A stretch of 63,985 bases of DNA, filler included, from Reclinomonas americana ATCC 50394 (taxonomy: Eukaryota), in NCBI GenBank assembly GCA_048213135.1. It is 6 parts of 3 records of this genome, joined end to end, with 100 filler letters (N's around TTAATTAATTAA, not from the genome) between each part and the next. Parts side by side here need not be neighbours in the genome. Positions count along the whole stretch, not along the records: positions 28,018 to 56,413 come from PS015119.1; 5 more parts are not named here. One strand, 5' to 3'. A program made the position numbers and the translations under genes. The notes beneath the pieces are model-generated. The model did not search any database and had not been told where the DNA came from. It saw only the letters and a list, made by a program, of their open reading frames with translations. This document shows, piece by piece, positions 31,001-44,365 of the stretch. Position 1 is the first letter of the stretch, and every line of letters begins with the position of its first letter.

Positions 31001-34000
31001 CGAATCCAGGGACCAGCGGGTGACTCGGTGGACACCTCCAGCACGTACGACAGCTGCTGCGCTGAGCCGACCTCGACGTCGGCCTCGGAGATCTTGATGG
31101 AAGCCGAATGTGGGTTGCGAGAAGCCACGGAGACCACCGGTCGCTCGGGCAGCGTCACTACCAAAGCGCAAGTGTGAGAACCTCCCCCATCCCACCTCAC
31201 GAAACGGAGAAATCAATCAACTCACCGACAGAGAGCACATCGCTCGGCGCACTGTCGAGGAACACGGCACGCAGCCACACGGCCTGCCTTGGCTTGAGGC
31301 CGTCGACAACCACGGCGGCATCGTGGGAGCGGCGCACAAGCCACGGGCCGTTGGCAGACACGGTTGAATATTCCACGACAAACGGTTCTGCGACGGCGGC
31401 AGCGTAGGCCGGCTGCTCACTCGTCTCCACATGCACGGCGACTGAACGCGGACCGCCTCGCTGCGCCACGAGGCGCGGTGGCGCAAGAGGAGCTGCCTCT
31501 GCAGGGTGGTAAGTGGCACACCATCAGTGGCACGACAGCACATGGTGTCGGCATCGGAGAGCAGGAACTCACCGAGAACCAGCACGTCGCTCGGCTCACT
31601 CAGCCCGGCGGCATTGCGTGCACGTGCACGCACCAGCAGCTTCTTGCCGACGTGGAGGTTGTCAACATTGAACGCGGCCGGAGCGGCGTCATTGAGTACG
31701 GACCACGGGCCACGTGCGTCTCCACTCTCACACGACTCGACGACAAATGTGGCCTCGGCCGGCGAGCCACGTGACTCGCGCCCGTGCTGCATGTGCACAC
31801 ACACTGCTGACGATGACAAGCGTTCCGACGACGCGGTGGGCGCACTCGGCACCTCGTCCATGGCTAATCACCACACGCACACACATGAGTATGAGAACGG
31901 CAACGGTGCACGAGCGCACGCGGTGGACGCAACTGACAACGATTGGCTCGCTGTACTCGCCCTCACTGCCGCCAGCATCGACACGCACTCGTACGCGCAC
32001 CGGTTGACCAGCCGGCAGGTTCTCCAGATCGAATTCGTCACTGTCGTGCCCGCTCTCAGTCCATCCGCCAGCGGCCGGCGACGCCAAGCCCCACGCTGCT
32101 GTGTACTTAATGCTCTCGTCGGGGGAACTCTATTTGTGCGAGGGTGTGAATGAGAGAGGAAGGAGAAGCAGAGCGAGGCAAGGGACACGGACACACGCAC
32201 CCCAGACGAGGAGGACACAGCAGCGGTGGCGCGCACTCGCACAGTAGTGGCGTTAATGGCGTGTACGGACACGGTCGGTGCAGCAGAGCGACGGACCGGC
32301 AACGCTGCACGACGCAAAAAATTAAAATTGAGGAATGCGTACCTCCTCCATACACCGCTCAGGAGCCAACCACTCACCGATTTCGTGCACAGGACCGAAT
32401 TCGCCGTGACCGGCCGCATTGACGGCAGCGGCGCGATAATAGAGCACGCGACCATGTGAGCCATCAGCAATGTCCACATCAAAGTTGCGTGCTGCGCTGC
32501 TGAGCTCCGACCACGGACCACTGGCTGAGGAGCCATGCTGAACGATGAATTGCACGGGGGCGGAGAATGAGGCTTCGGGATCAAGAGCGCGTGGTGCTTG
32601 CAAGTGGATCAGCACGGCATTGCCACCAGGTGCCAACTCGGCGGTGGCTTCTGGAGCCGGCGGAGGCGAGTCAACCGTCACTGTCGCGGTTGGAGTGGTG
32701 AGCGAGGGACTCCCTTGGAGCAGACAAAAGGGAACACACGTGCCTGTTGCGACTGGCTCCGACCACTCGCTGATACCAGCGTCGTTCTTCACCGCTGCGC
32801 GCACTGTAAGGCGCTTGCCGGGTGCCAAACCACCGACAGCCACCTCGGGCGTCTGACTGTTCTCCGTGATGGGCGAGCGGCCCTCCTCGGTCACTGTGAC
32901 GACGTACGAGACGCTGGGATTGGCAACGGCGCTGGCGACAACCACGCGAACAGTGGTGGCCGACACGGCGCTCACGCGCACAGTTGGCACTGGCGGTAGC
33001 AGCACTGCGAAAAGAGGTGACAGTGAGGAGAGTCGTAACCGAAAGAGAGAACCCGACAGGTGACAGACGCAGGAGACCTTGCGAGCGCGGCTCACTCTGT
33101 GCGCCGTCGCCCAGCGCAGCGCGTACGTGGACCACGGAGCCCGGCGCCAGGTGCTCCACCGTGACCTCAGCGCCACCCGCCGGTGGGCACTCAGTGTACG
33201 GACCTCCCGCTCCCTGGGTGGAGTACCACACACGGACGGGCACGGCGGCCGCAGCTGCAGCGGCTGCTGCAGCGCCGGCTCCCTGCACACGCACGGTCAC
33301 CGACGTGGACGTCACGCGGCCAACGTCCACACGAGGCGGTGTGCGATCTTGAGTCACTGGAGACGAGAGGTAGCGTGAGACAACCATACTGTCGTCGGTC
33401 AGCACCTGCGTGATTACGAACCCACAGTGACAATCTGCGCCTCTCCCACGCCAGCAACATTGCGCGCCGCCACTCGGAAGTAGCTTGGTCGACCGGGTAC
33501 CAGATCGCGCACTGCTACTGGTGACCGTGCATGCTCAAACACAGTTACCCACGGTCCCTCGGCGGAGCGATCTGAGCGTGCCACAAAGTAGTCGCCCACC
33601 AGCGGCGAGATGGTAGCTACAGGCGCCGGTGGTTCAATGACCAGCTGCGCCGTCGTCAAGTCCGCTGAGGAAACAGTGACGCGCGGTGCGGCTGGCGGCT
33701 TGTCACGCACTGCTCAGCAATTCACAGAGAACGGCAGATGCGGTTGAGCATATTCGTCACACACTCTGTCTCTGTGGGCGGTGGTGGAGACATACCGAGT
33801 GACACCGACTCTGACCAGTCGCCGACACCACCGCGGTTCTCCGCTGCCACCATCACATGCACAGTCTTGAACGCCTCGATGTCGGAGACCACGATCGAGT
33901 CGGAGGCGTGAGTGGACTGTGTCCATTGTGGTGAACCAGCGGGTGGTGGTGGCGACGTGGTGCACACGGCGACACGGTAGCGAATATTCTACGTGATGTC

Positions 34001-35215
34001 CAGGAGAACGTGAGTGACATACTGCATCGTGCCAGTCCAGTGCTGAGCTGGATGACAAACCGTCTCACACGGTGGCACTTGGGTGATGCGCACGCGAATG
34101 GAAGTTGGTCCCTCGGGCTCCACCTCGATACCCGGTGCAGAGGGCGGGAGCACTACCAGCAGCAGGGTGTGAACAAACAGACACACACAAAAACGTGCAC
34201 GGCTACACACAAACACGCAAGCGCCTGCGCAACGAATTTTGATGAGTTCGGACGGCGAGCCGCCGGCAAATCCACCGCGCACGTGCACAGTTCGACCAGA
34301 CGGCAGATCGTGCAGCAGGAACTCGGGAGTCGACTGCTCCACGTTGATGAAGGGACCGTCGGGGGAGACCACCGAGTACGCCAAGCGCGCAGCGGGCAAT
34401 GACGCGGCGGCGCCGGCGGCGGTCGACTGATCCACACGCAGCTCCACCAACAACGTCGTTGGTGTTGTTTGCTTCACCTGCACGGATGCCGCGAGTTGAC
34501 TCCTTGCCGTGGATCCCATTGCCGACGATGTCACCCGACGCACGGCTGTCGCACCAGGCGGTGTTGGCGAGTGAGCGAATCGAACAGGGTGACAGGAAAT
34601 GAATGAAGGGGGTCACGCACCACCGGTGGTGCTGTCGACAACCACAGAGCGTGAGTGTACCGGCGCCACATGCATCTCCTCCTCTTCCACGGCCGACGAG
34701 TGGCTCACGGCACCAGCACTGCTGCCTTCTGGCACAATCGTCGACTGCGGTGTCGTGCTGCGAGCCGTGGCTGCGCAGCAGATGAAACGAATGAGCATGG
34801 CTATCCCTACTGCCGTACATGGCATGCACCACTGCCGCAACTGGTGGTAATGGTAACGTGAGACACGTCAGCCGTCGAGGAACTTGACGAGCCACTCTTT
34901 TGTGCACCCATGGCGCCTGCAGCAAGAACACACACACAAAAACAGCGCAAGTTAACGAATATGAGGGAGAACTGAATAGCAGTGCGCGTGCTCTTGAGTT
35001 CCAACCTCGCGGGCGACCACCTGCAGCACACACACAGTGAGCAGCACGACAGCATGGCATCACTCATGTGCGTACACAAACTCACCAGTTTCGAGGGGTC
35101 CTCGAGCAGGCATTGGTCGCACCAACAAGTCGGAGTCTCCAGTTGCCGTCACCGACTTCTGCGTTGCGGATAAAGGAGAGTCAGCAGCACGCAGAAGAAA
35201 AGGCTTTGCCGCCAT
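28018..35215 (-). CDS. Array of about 17 fibronectin type III-like modules (probable 5' part of the giant gene ending at 22227)
   Basis: Repeated ~90-aa exons with P..P.V..TSI.V..Y.V..S..GPW..V.xL.PG..V.VRV.A.N.AG.G..SE. No signal peptide or TM segment evident. Start codon uncertain. Confidence 0.75.
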
Positions 35216-35478
35216 CCCCTCCCTTCTCCTTTTCATCCCACTCACCACATTCTCCATGGACGCCGATGTAGGCACCGCACTTGCAGCGACGAGTCGCACC
35301 GAGTCCTCTGACTCGCCCGGCGCATCCAACCGCTCATGCACCGTGAACCGATCCGCGCCCTCACCCGGCGGCTTGTTCGTGCAGTAGCACAAACACATGT
35401 CACAGCAGCACAGCAGCGGATGCGGCTTGCAGCTGGCAAAAGAGACGCAAGAGAGAGAATGAGTGAGTGAGTGATTAG

Positions 35479-35512
<34 letters not shown>

Positions 35513-36116
35513 AGGAGGAAGAGCAAGAGCGTGAGGAAATGTCCACGCGCAGAGCACAACGAGACAAGTGAAGCTCCTTTTCTTCACGCTGTGCTCGTGC
35601 CACAGCACTCTCTCAGACACACACACAGAAAGAGGACCAGGGAGAGAGACACGACTGTGTGACATGCATGTCATTGAGCACTTACCAGCAGTTGCACACA
35701 CAACATGACCACGTCACGCAATCGCAGCACTGTTCAATGACACAAGCAAGTAAGCACATATGTGCACAACAGGTGAGAGATGATGAAGAAGCAGGAGAAG
35801 AGCAAAGACGAATACGCAGTCACACATCTCTGACAAGTGATGCAACACAATCACACAGCACGAAGCATGCATGCATCTCTCTCTCTCTCTCTCACACACA
35901 CACAAACACACACACACACACACACACACTCTCTCTCTCTCTCCCTCTCACTTCAACGCAACAGTGCAACACTTCTTCGCCGGTGTTCCGCAGCACTCGT
36001 CCTCGTTGCTCATAACTGCACAATCACACACACTCTCACGTTAACTCTCTCTCTCTCTCTCCCTCACACACACAGAGACCACTCACAGCACAACACACAA
36101 AAAGTCGATTGTCCGC

Positions 36117-39100
36117 ATGACAATGACGTCACCTTCCCGCGCGAGTTGGGGTTTCCTAGCCCACTTGAAGTTGTCCATGAAGCGCGAACGGGTGTGTCTT
36201 TCGTGCATGCACATTCGCATCTCTTTGCATGCATGCATCTCACTGTTGCACAGGAGTCATCGGAAGACGATGCAATAGAGCCGGAGCTGAAACGGCAGCA
36301 TGTGCGTCTGTCTCTCTTCTTCTCTCTCTCTTTCTGCATGTCTCTCACTCCTCTTGTCCACAGGCTCTCCCCTCTCTGTCTCACGACTCTGCTGACTCTG
36401 ATTTGCCTCTTGTGGAGGAGCTGGACCAGGAAGGAATGGACCAGGCGCTGCGAGAGGTGCGTGTGTGCGTGCGCGCATGCGGACAGCTCCTCCGCTCTCA
36501 TGTACTCGCACACAGGCGCTGGTCCCCCCTTCACCGCCACATCTTGACAGAGAGTCGCCTGTGCTGGTCAGGCGTTGTCCTTTCTGTTAGATGTGAGATC
36601 ACACGCTGATGCATTGGGTAATGCAGGTGGCGACGGAGGATGCGGAGATTGTTGATGACTGTGATAAGCGGCAGGCGGACGATCCGCCCGCGGCGGAGGA
36701 TGTGCAAATTGTGATGGATTCGCAGCCGCATGAGGTGCGTGTGTGTGTGCGTGCGTGTGCGTGTGAATGATTGCTCATCACCTCCGTGGTGCAGCTGCCC
36801 TCGCTGAGCGAGGAATCGACAGACTTGGCGTTGCCGCATGTGGAGGATGACTACGACGAGCAGATCGCTGATGTTCCACTGCCGGATGAGGTCCGCTGCG
36901 ATGCTACCGCACAATCATTGTGTTTAGCATTGCTCATCATCATTTTGTCGCAGGATCCTCGTCGCGTGGACGACAGAGCGTCGCCTCAGGTATCGTTGCC
37001 ATACACACAGTTCAGTTCTCGTGTAGTGGTTCACATGTGCTAATGCTGCGCAGGGCGAGGAGTCGGACGGAGCTGTCGATGAAGACAAGTGCAGAGTTGA
37101 CGATGAAGTGGACGAATTGTTGTTTGGTTCGCGTAATCTTGAGGTACTGGTGTCGGTGTCGGTGTGCGTGTGTGAATGTGTTTACCCGGTTGCCGCCACT
37201 GCGACTCACTTTTGTCACGCAGGCTTCCAAGCCAACTGTCGAGGAGGTGGCCGCCGCAGGGGAGCTTCCAGCCATCAGCCTCAGCCAGGAAAGCGTGAAG
37301 CAGGTGATTTTTGGCAGCGTGCGGTCACCCAGTCGCTGTCATCAGTCGACTCACATGTCTCACACACACAGGACCCGGAGGTGACTGTCGAAGACAAGAG
37401 AGAGGATCTGGAGATGCTCCGGTTCAGCCAGGACAGCGATGAAGGAGTTTTGCGAGTCAACCACTTGACTAAGCAGAAACCGGCCACTGTGGATTTGACG
37501 AAGCCGCCGACAGCCGCCGCTACAACTGCCGTTCAACGCCGCAAGAAGGTGGCTGGCATTAGCGCCATGTTGGAAGACATGGTTGCGATTTCCGAGGGCA
37601 CTCGGACGTCGCCCAGATCGAAGCCTGTTCTCGCTTCGCCACTGGGCAGTGGCGGCAAGAAGGCCACTCGCAGTACGGAGGTGCACACGCTGGTGGACGA
37701 ACCGGAGACTGACGAAGAGAAGGGCAACTCGAGTGGCGGAGACGACGTGCCCATTTTCCGACCACGTGCTGCTGCTGCCGCTCCTACCGCTGCTGCCGCT
37801 GCTGTGACTGTCAAGGCGACGACGACGACTCCTGCCGTTACCCTCACCTCCACCCCCACTCGTACCGCGAATGTCCGCTCGCGCGCACGGTCCAGTGACG
37901 TACTACTGGCCGTTCTTGACGACGCGAAAACTGACGATGACGATGACGAAGACGTGCCGATCTTTGGCTCGCCGAGCCGGAAACCTGCGCCTCCATCGCG
38001 ACAAAGTGGAGTGTCTGCATCGGCTGCAGACGGCGACGAAGCGGTCGTCGTCGTCGAGCCGCGGACGACTCGATCTCGGGTGACGGTGGACGCGAAGCCT
38101 TCGTCGCGACAGAGTGGAGTGTCTGCACCGGTGGACGCTGATGATGCCGTTGTTGTCGTGGAGCCGCGGACAACTCGATCCCGGGTGACGGACACCAGTT
38201 CCACGCCGACCAAGTCGCAGCCGTCACGGAAGCGAGAGCGGCCGGTTGAAGACAGCGACGACAGCGATGTGAAGACGAAGCGGTCGGCGACGAAGAAGCG
38301 GGCGGGCAGTGGAAACAAGAAAACGATTATTGACGACGACGAGACGGATGCTAGCGGCAGCGACGAGGAGCCGCTGTCGAAATTGGGCAAGAAATCGCAG
38401 ACACCAGTCAAGTCGTCCTCTAGCGCGGCGAAAGGCAAGAAGGCCAAGGCTGCCGCGAAGGTGTCTCCTGGACAGCGGACGCTTTCGTTTACGACATCAA
38501 CGGCGACGCCCACGCTGAAAACGTCCCCGCCGCCACCACCACCACCACCGGCAGCGCCGTCGTCGGTGCTGCCAGCTGCCAAAGGCTCTCGAAACAAGTC
38601 GTCGTCCGCGACCGCAACAACGACAACCACCGATACCGTCACACAAGCAGCTTCCGCACTGCCAACGCCCAAGTCTCGCGGAAAGGCGTCGACGGCGGCG
38701 TCGTCGTCCACGACCACAACTACAACAACGCCGGCCACTACCACCGTCACACCAGCAGCAACGGCGTCTTCCGCGCTGCCGACTCCCAAGTCTCGAGGAA
38801 AGGCGTCGTCGTCGTCGTCGACAACAACAATCGCATCAGCAACAACGGTCACCACCACGACATCGACCGATTCGCCGCTGCCTCAACTAAAGGTGAAGGC
38901 GACAGCACCGGTACCGCCGTTGCCGTTGTCGGCACGCACGACCAAGGCCGCAGGTGGTGGAAAACGTGCCAAGGCGACCAACAAGTTCAGCCAGGCGCTG
39001 TCGCTGGTACGTCACAGTATTTGTATGTGCGTGTGTCCACGGTTGTCTCCTGAACTGGGTGTGTCGAAAAGGATCGGAAGCGGGAGGCTGAGGGGAAGGA

Positions 39101-40520
39101 GGAGAAAGGGAAGAAAACAGGAAAGCGTGCCTCCCGGCGCAAAGCCGGTGACAGCGATGATGCAGGAGACGAGGATGAGGATGAGGATGACGATTTTCAG
39201 AGCAAGTCGGCCGACAAGAAGGAGCCGAAAGAGGTCGAGGTCGGTGCCGACAAGGTTGAAGTGGAGAAGGAGAAAGAGAGTTACGTCTGTGCCAAACAGT
39301 GTGTGTGTGTCGCCTGGCAGACAGACTAACATGTGTTTTCGTTGATCATCAACAGCGTTGGAAGACAAATTCGATCGCCACCGACATGACATTGTCAAGA
39401 AGTGCAATCTACCGTCCTTGTCTGCGCTTGGTCCTACGTCCAGTTGCGTTATTCCGAACTGTCTTGTTCGTTTTTTGTGACTGCATGTGCTTTATCTCCT
39501 TTGCGCTTCGCCCCTTTCCGTTCGCGATCATGCTGTTCTCATTCCACATCTCTCATTTCCCTTCGCTCAACTCCTTCCTTGTTCTCGGTCTTTCTGTTCT
39601 CTTTCTCCCTCGTCTCCCTCTCTGTTCCATCCTTCTCCGTTCGCGATCGTGCTGTTCTCCCTGCACATCTCTCTCATGTCCTACTCCTTGATCCCTTCCC
39701 CGTTCAGTCGTATTCCTCGTGTCTCTCACCCTCCCTCTCTTCTCTCTTCTGCCTTTCGGCACGTGCAGGTGGTATTGAAATCAGTCGCGCAATGGCGCTG
39801 TGCTTGCGTGAGCTTGCCAATGTGCGCGTCCTGGTTCAGGAAATTGTCGACAAAGCAACGGTGCGCCGCGACGGCTGCCTAACTCTGGTGGAGAGTGCAC
39901 ATCTTGTTGGCGTCTACCAGGTCCTCTTCAAATTGCAGGTGTGGTTGTTACTTTCTCTGTCGCTCCTGGTGCCGCACACTGCCGCTGATGTGGAATGTGT
40001 GATTGTGCAGGAGAGCGTCGCCATGGTGGTGGCCGAGCGCGTTCAGCAGAATGCGCAGTGGCTGTCCGAGGCTCCGCTGCAGGCTGACGAATTGGAGGAC
40101 GTATTGCGAGAGACACTCAGCATCCCCAGCGTGTTTACGCGCCTCTTGCTGGCCAGCATGCCGATTCAAGCCAACGAATGCCTGCTGGCCAAGCAACGAT
40201 GGAAGGTGGCTCAAGACTCTGTGAAGAAGCGGAAAGAAGAGGTGAGTGGCGAGTGTGGGTTTGCAGTGCATAGTTCTCTTTGTGCCAGTGCCGACAGCGC
40301 GATTGCTCCTCTCCCCCAGATGCACTCGCAACCAGTGTCGTCGGTGTTGTACCTTGCCAGCTCGGTGCTGCTGTCGGGTTCGGTGGTTGTTGGCGTGCAA
40401 GAGGCGCTGGCCGAGAGGCGAGTTACCTTTGATGCCGATGCGGCAATGGAGGCCAGTGGAACGCAAGCGGCATCCAGCGAAGCCGAAGGGTGCACTGGCG
40501 GCACTCAAGAGGCCACTTAA
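36117..40520 (+). CDS. Large, mostly disordered acidic/basic Ser-Thr-rich protein with a helical C-terminal domain (probably nuclear)
   Basis: Many small acidic exons, then a long exon (~37372-39006) with NLS-like KRSATKKR and KGKKAK, then spliced helical exons ending at TAA 40520. Family not recognised. Confidence 0.5.
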
Positions 40521-40585
40521 CACACCGAATAATCATGAAAGAGGTCGAGTTCTGGGTGTTTTTATACATGTTACAGAATTGTGTC

Positions 40586-42141
40586 TCATACGCGCGAGTC
40601 GGCGTCGATATCAAAATCTACTGTGGTGCTTCCCTGCGTACTCGGCGAGGGCGTCGGTAAAGGTGGTGGCGTAGGGCGTGGCATGAGTGGCAGCGGTTCA
40701 CTTGGCCCCTGGTGCCTCGCCTCGCGATCGCCCGCTTCCGGAGCGAAGTGGGCGCGCAGTCTTGGCAGACCCGCGACCGCCGGCCGTTGCCGAACCGAGT
40801 GGGCACGCTCAAGTGCAGGCACCGAATCAGTGACGGCGATACTGGGCGCGGAATTCGACGACACGAGCTGACTCGCTGGAGGCGCAGTCGGCGATGTCGG
40901 TGACGTTGGCGAGCCCGGAGCTGTCATCATTGGTGCCTGCATGTCATCACTCGGCATGGCGTGCTTGATGTGCATGGGTGCCAGCACTCCGGCGGCCAAT
41001 GATCGGCGCGGAAGCCGCACGGATGTGCGCTGCCGTTGTGCCTCCTCCACATACGAGCGAAACGCCTCCAAGTCGTGCAGGTCGAGGTCTGCGTCGGGCA
41101 GTGGCGAGTGTGAGTATGCGAGCGGGAGTGCACTGCGTGTACGGTGGGTNNNNNNNNNNNNNNNNNNNNCCGCAGGTGTGGAACGCGCCAGGCCGCCAGC
41201 AAGTACATGAGAGCCACGGATCCACGGGTGGCCAGAAAGCTCTCGGCAAAGCCCGAACCCAGACCAAAGTCCGAGTCGGCACTGCGTATGCACTCACGCA
41301 CTGGTGAGAGAGCACACGAACAATCACCGCTCAACCAGGAAACAAAAAAACGCAACAAAATGGCCATGCCGACCATACCGCACGACTGCACGAAAAAGTA
41401 CACCTGCACGCACGCACACGCACGGCCGTAAGCGTCATCGACGGTGGCATATACGTTTCTCACACATGCCTTGTGCAGAGCATCGCTTCCATGAATGCGA
41501 TTCGTGTACACACTGAGCGACGTCCAGCTCCACCACAGCGCCGTAAACTGCAACAGAAAGCTGAAGAACCCATGCGTCGACACATCATGCTACACACACA
41601 CACATGCATGCAATGAATGAGCACTTGCCACGAATGAGCAAGAGTGCATGTGCCGACCTTGAGAATGGCCGCTGCATCGATGCACAGCGTCGGATCAGCG
41701 CACGAGGCGGCACAAGCACCTATACATCAAGCAGCTTACCTTGTTTGATGACCACAGCCACCTGCATGAAGAAGAAGAAGAGTCGTGTTTATTGATCGGA
41801 ATGCACAGTTGCATGCATGCAAAGACCAACCATGATCAGATCAACAAAGAGCTCCAGCCATGAGACTTTTCGATGTGCCTCCACGTCCACGAGCTCCGGC
41901 TGCACATATAGAGAGAGAGAGAGGAGTGAAGGGGTGAGTGTGCGTGTGTGTGTGTGTGTGAATCAGTGAGTGTGTGAGTGATGCAATGAGCATGGGAGCG
42001 AGTGAGAATGCAATGCACTGAGTGCGTAAGTGAGTGGTTGAGTGGTTGAGTGTGTGTGCAGGGAGAGCACGCACCACTCGGAACAACGATAGCCGCTCCA
42101 TGCGCCTCTCTACCTCCCAATCAATACATGCGAGCAGTGAC
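40586..42141 (-). CDS. ltrA: LtrA (low temperature requirement A) family membrane protein, interrupted by gaps
   Basis: Spliced HRKVSWLELFVDLIM/VAVV.. and FLLQFTALWWSWTSLSVYTNRIHGSDALHK/VYFFVQSCGMVGMA are hallmark LtrA motifs. Confidence 0.7.
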
Positions 42142-42699
42142 NNNNNNNNNNNNNNNNNNNNNNNNNNNNNNNNNNNNNNNNNNNNNNNNNNNNNNNNNNN
42201 NNNNNNNNNNNNNNNNNNNNNNNNNNNNNNNNNNNNNNNNNNNNNNNNNNNNNNNNNNNNNNNNNNNNNNNNNNNNNNNNNNNNNNNNNNNNNNNNNNNN
42301 NNNNNNNNNNNNNNNNNNNNNNNNNNNNNNNNNNNNNNNNNNNNNNNNNNNNNNNNNNNNNNNNNNNNNNNNNNNNNNNNNNNNNNNNNNNNNNNNNNNN
42401 NNNNNNNNNNNNNNNNNNNNNNNNNNNNNNNNNNNNNNNNNNNNNNNNNNNNNNNNNNNNNNNNNNNNNNNNNNNNNNNNNNNNNNNNNNNNNNNNNNNN
42501 NNNNNNNNNNNNNNNNNNNNNNNNNNNNNNNNNNNNNNNNNNNNNNNNNNNNNNNNNNNNNNNNNNNNNNNNNNNNNNNNNNNNNNNNNNNNNNNNNNNN
42601 NNNNNNNNNNNNNNNNNNNNNNNNNNNNNNNNNNNNNNTCCTCCTCTCGTCTCTCTCCTCCTCTCTCCTCTCTCTCTCTCTCTCTCTTGCTGTATGTGT

Positions 42700-44280
42700 G
42701 GAACGCCATGATGCTTAATCGTCACTTCAAGCACGTCAATGCAATCTTCATGTACGTGTCTATCTCTCCCTTTCTTCCGTCCCTTCTCTCACTCCGTCTC
42801 CTCTCACATCCTCTCTCTGTGCGCATGTGTCTGTCGCGTACCTTGAAGCTTTATCGACGCAGTAGGCACATCAATGCAAATCATTATGCTGTCTCTCTCT
42901 CCCCACTCCCCACCTTTCCCTCTCCCTCCTCCTTTCCCTTCTCTGTCATTGCGCTCACCATGCACGCTTGCAGGGATACTCGAGTGTTGCCGCGCCCGGA
43001 TTCATGATCTCAATGGTGCTGTCTGCGCCTGCTCCCTTGCAACCGCGCATCTTGTCGTGACCTGTTTCTTGTTTGCAGGCGGAGATGACGAGCGTGACGT
43101 GGGTGGACGACACGACGGTGCGCGTGCAGAGTGGAGCGCGCTGGGCCGATGTGTACGAGGCGTTCCGTGCGCATGGCGGACTGTGGGTGGTCACTGGTGG
43201 CTTGTGTCCGTCGGTGGGCGTCGCTGGCTTCACCATGGGCGGCGGTGTGGGTCCGGTGGCGCGGCAGTATGGCCTAGCCATCGACAATGTGCTGGCGTTC
43301 ACGGTGGTCACGGCGATTGGCTCGGAGATTATTCAGGTCGACGAGAAGAACAACAGTGACTTATTCTGGGCGCTGCGCGGTGGTGGCGGAGGCAACTTTG
43401 GTGCGGTGGTCGACATTACCTTCCGCGTGCACCGTGGACCGGAGCAGTACACGTGGGGCGAGGTGCGTGAGAGGAGAGAGAGAGAGAGAGAGATAAGAAG
43501 AAAAGCAAATTGCTCATCCCTTCTCCGCAGGTGTGCTACCGCAACACGACCGACGATATGCGCGCGGCGCTGCTGCCGCTGTCCAAGCACGCCGCTGCGC
43601 TGCCGGGCATGATGAATGTGGATGTGGTGCTGGAGCGCGACTCGGGCGCCTGTCTGTGGATTGTGTACCAGGGCGCAAAGGAGGAGGCCGAGGCGCTGCT
43701 GAAGCCGATTCTCGATGCGGCGCCAACGCCGGCCTCCAGCTCCTTCCAGGCATTCATTTGCTTCTGGGAACTCATTCAGGCGTACGCTGCGGCGCATGGG
43801 TACGGCGAATTCAGTGACGAACCGTACCACCTGCGCAATGTGCTGGTGGCAGAGTTTTCGCCGGAGCTGGTGGATTTGCTGGTGGAGTCGACCGTGGCCG
43901 CGCCCGACGACTGCGACATGCACATGATCCAGTTTGGCGGCGTCATTAGCAAGGTCGACAAGCACCACACCGCCTTTTACCACCGCAACGCCGAGTACAT
44001 GGTGTATGCGTCGTGCGGTTTCACTGACGAGGCCTCGGAGACGGCTGTCGTCGCCTATCTCGACCTGTGGTACGCTCGCGCACGGCAGCTCTCTGTCGGC
44101 GCCTACGTCAACTTTATCGACCGCAACGTGGTCGGCTGGGAAGACATGTTCTACGGTGGTAATCTGGACCGCCTGCGTCGCATCAAGGAGTTCTGGAACC
44201 CGCCGGGCCGCGGTCCCATGCGGTTCCCGCAGGAGATTGGCGCCGACTTGCCACAGCAGCATCTGGTTGGCCATGTTTGA
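42700..44280 (+). CDS. FAD-linked oxidoreductase, berberine-bridge-enzyme/VAO-PCMH family (5' end uncertain)
   Basis: VRVQSGARWADVY..GLCPSVGVAGFTMGGG.GP..RQYGLAIDNV..DLFWALRGGGGGNFGAV, and a BBE C-terminus GAYVNFID..FYGGNLDRLRRIKEFWNP. Confidence 0.9.
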
Positions 44281-44365
44281 TTTCTCTCTCTCTCTCCCTC
44301 TCTGTTTCCCTAATGATTGAATGAATGAATGTTGTTTGATGTGATAAAACATACAAGGCCGTGTT

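Noticed and set aside
37533-38858. Long antisense ORF (441 aa) and the many similar shadow ORFs
   Set aside because: These are antisense mirrors of GC-rich coding exons, and ORFs spanning N runs are artefacts.
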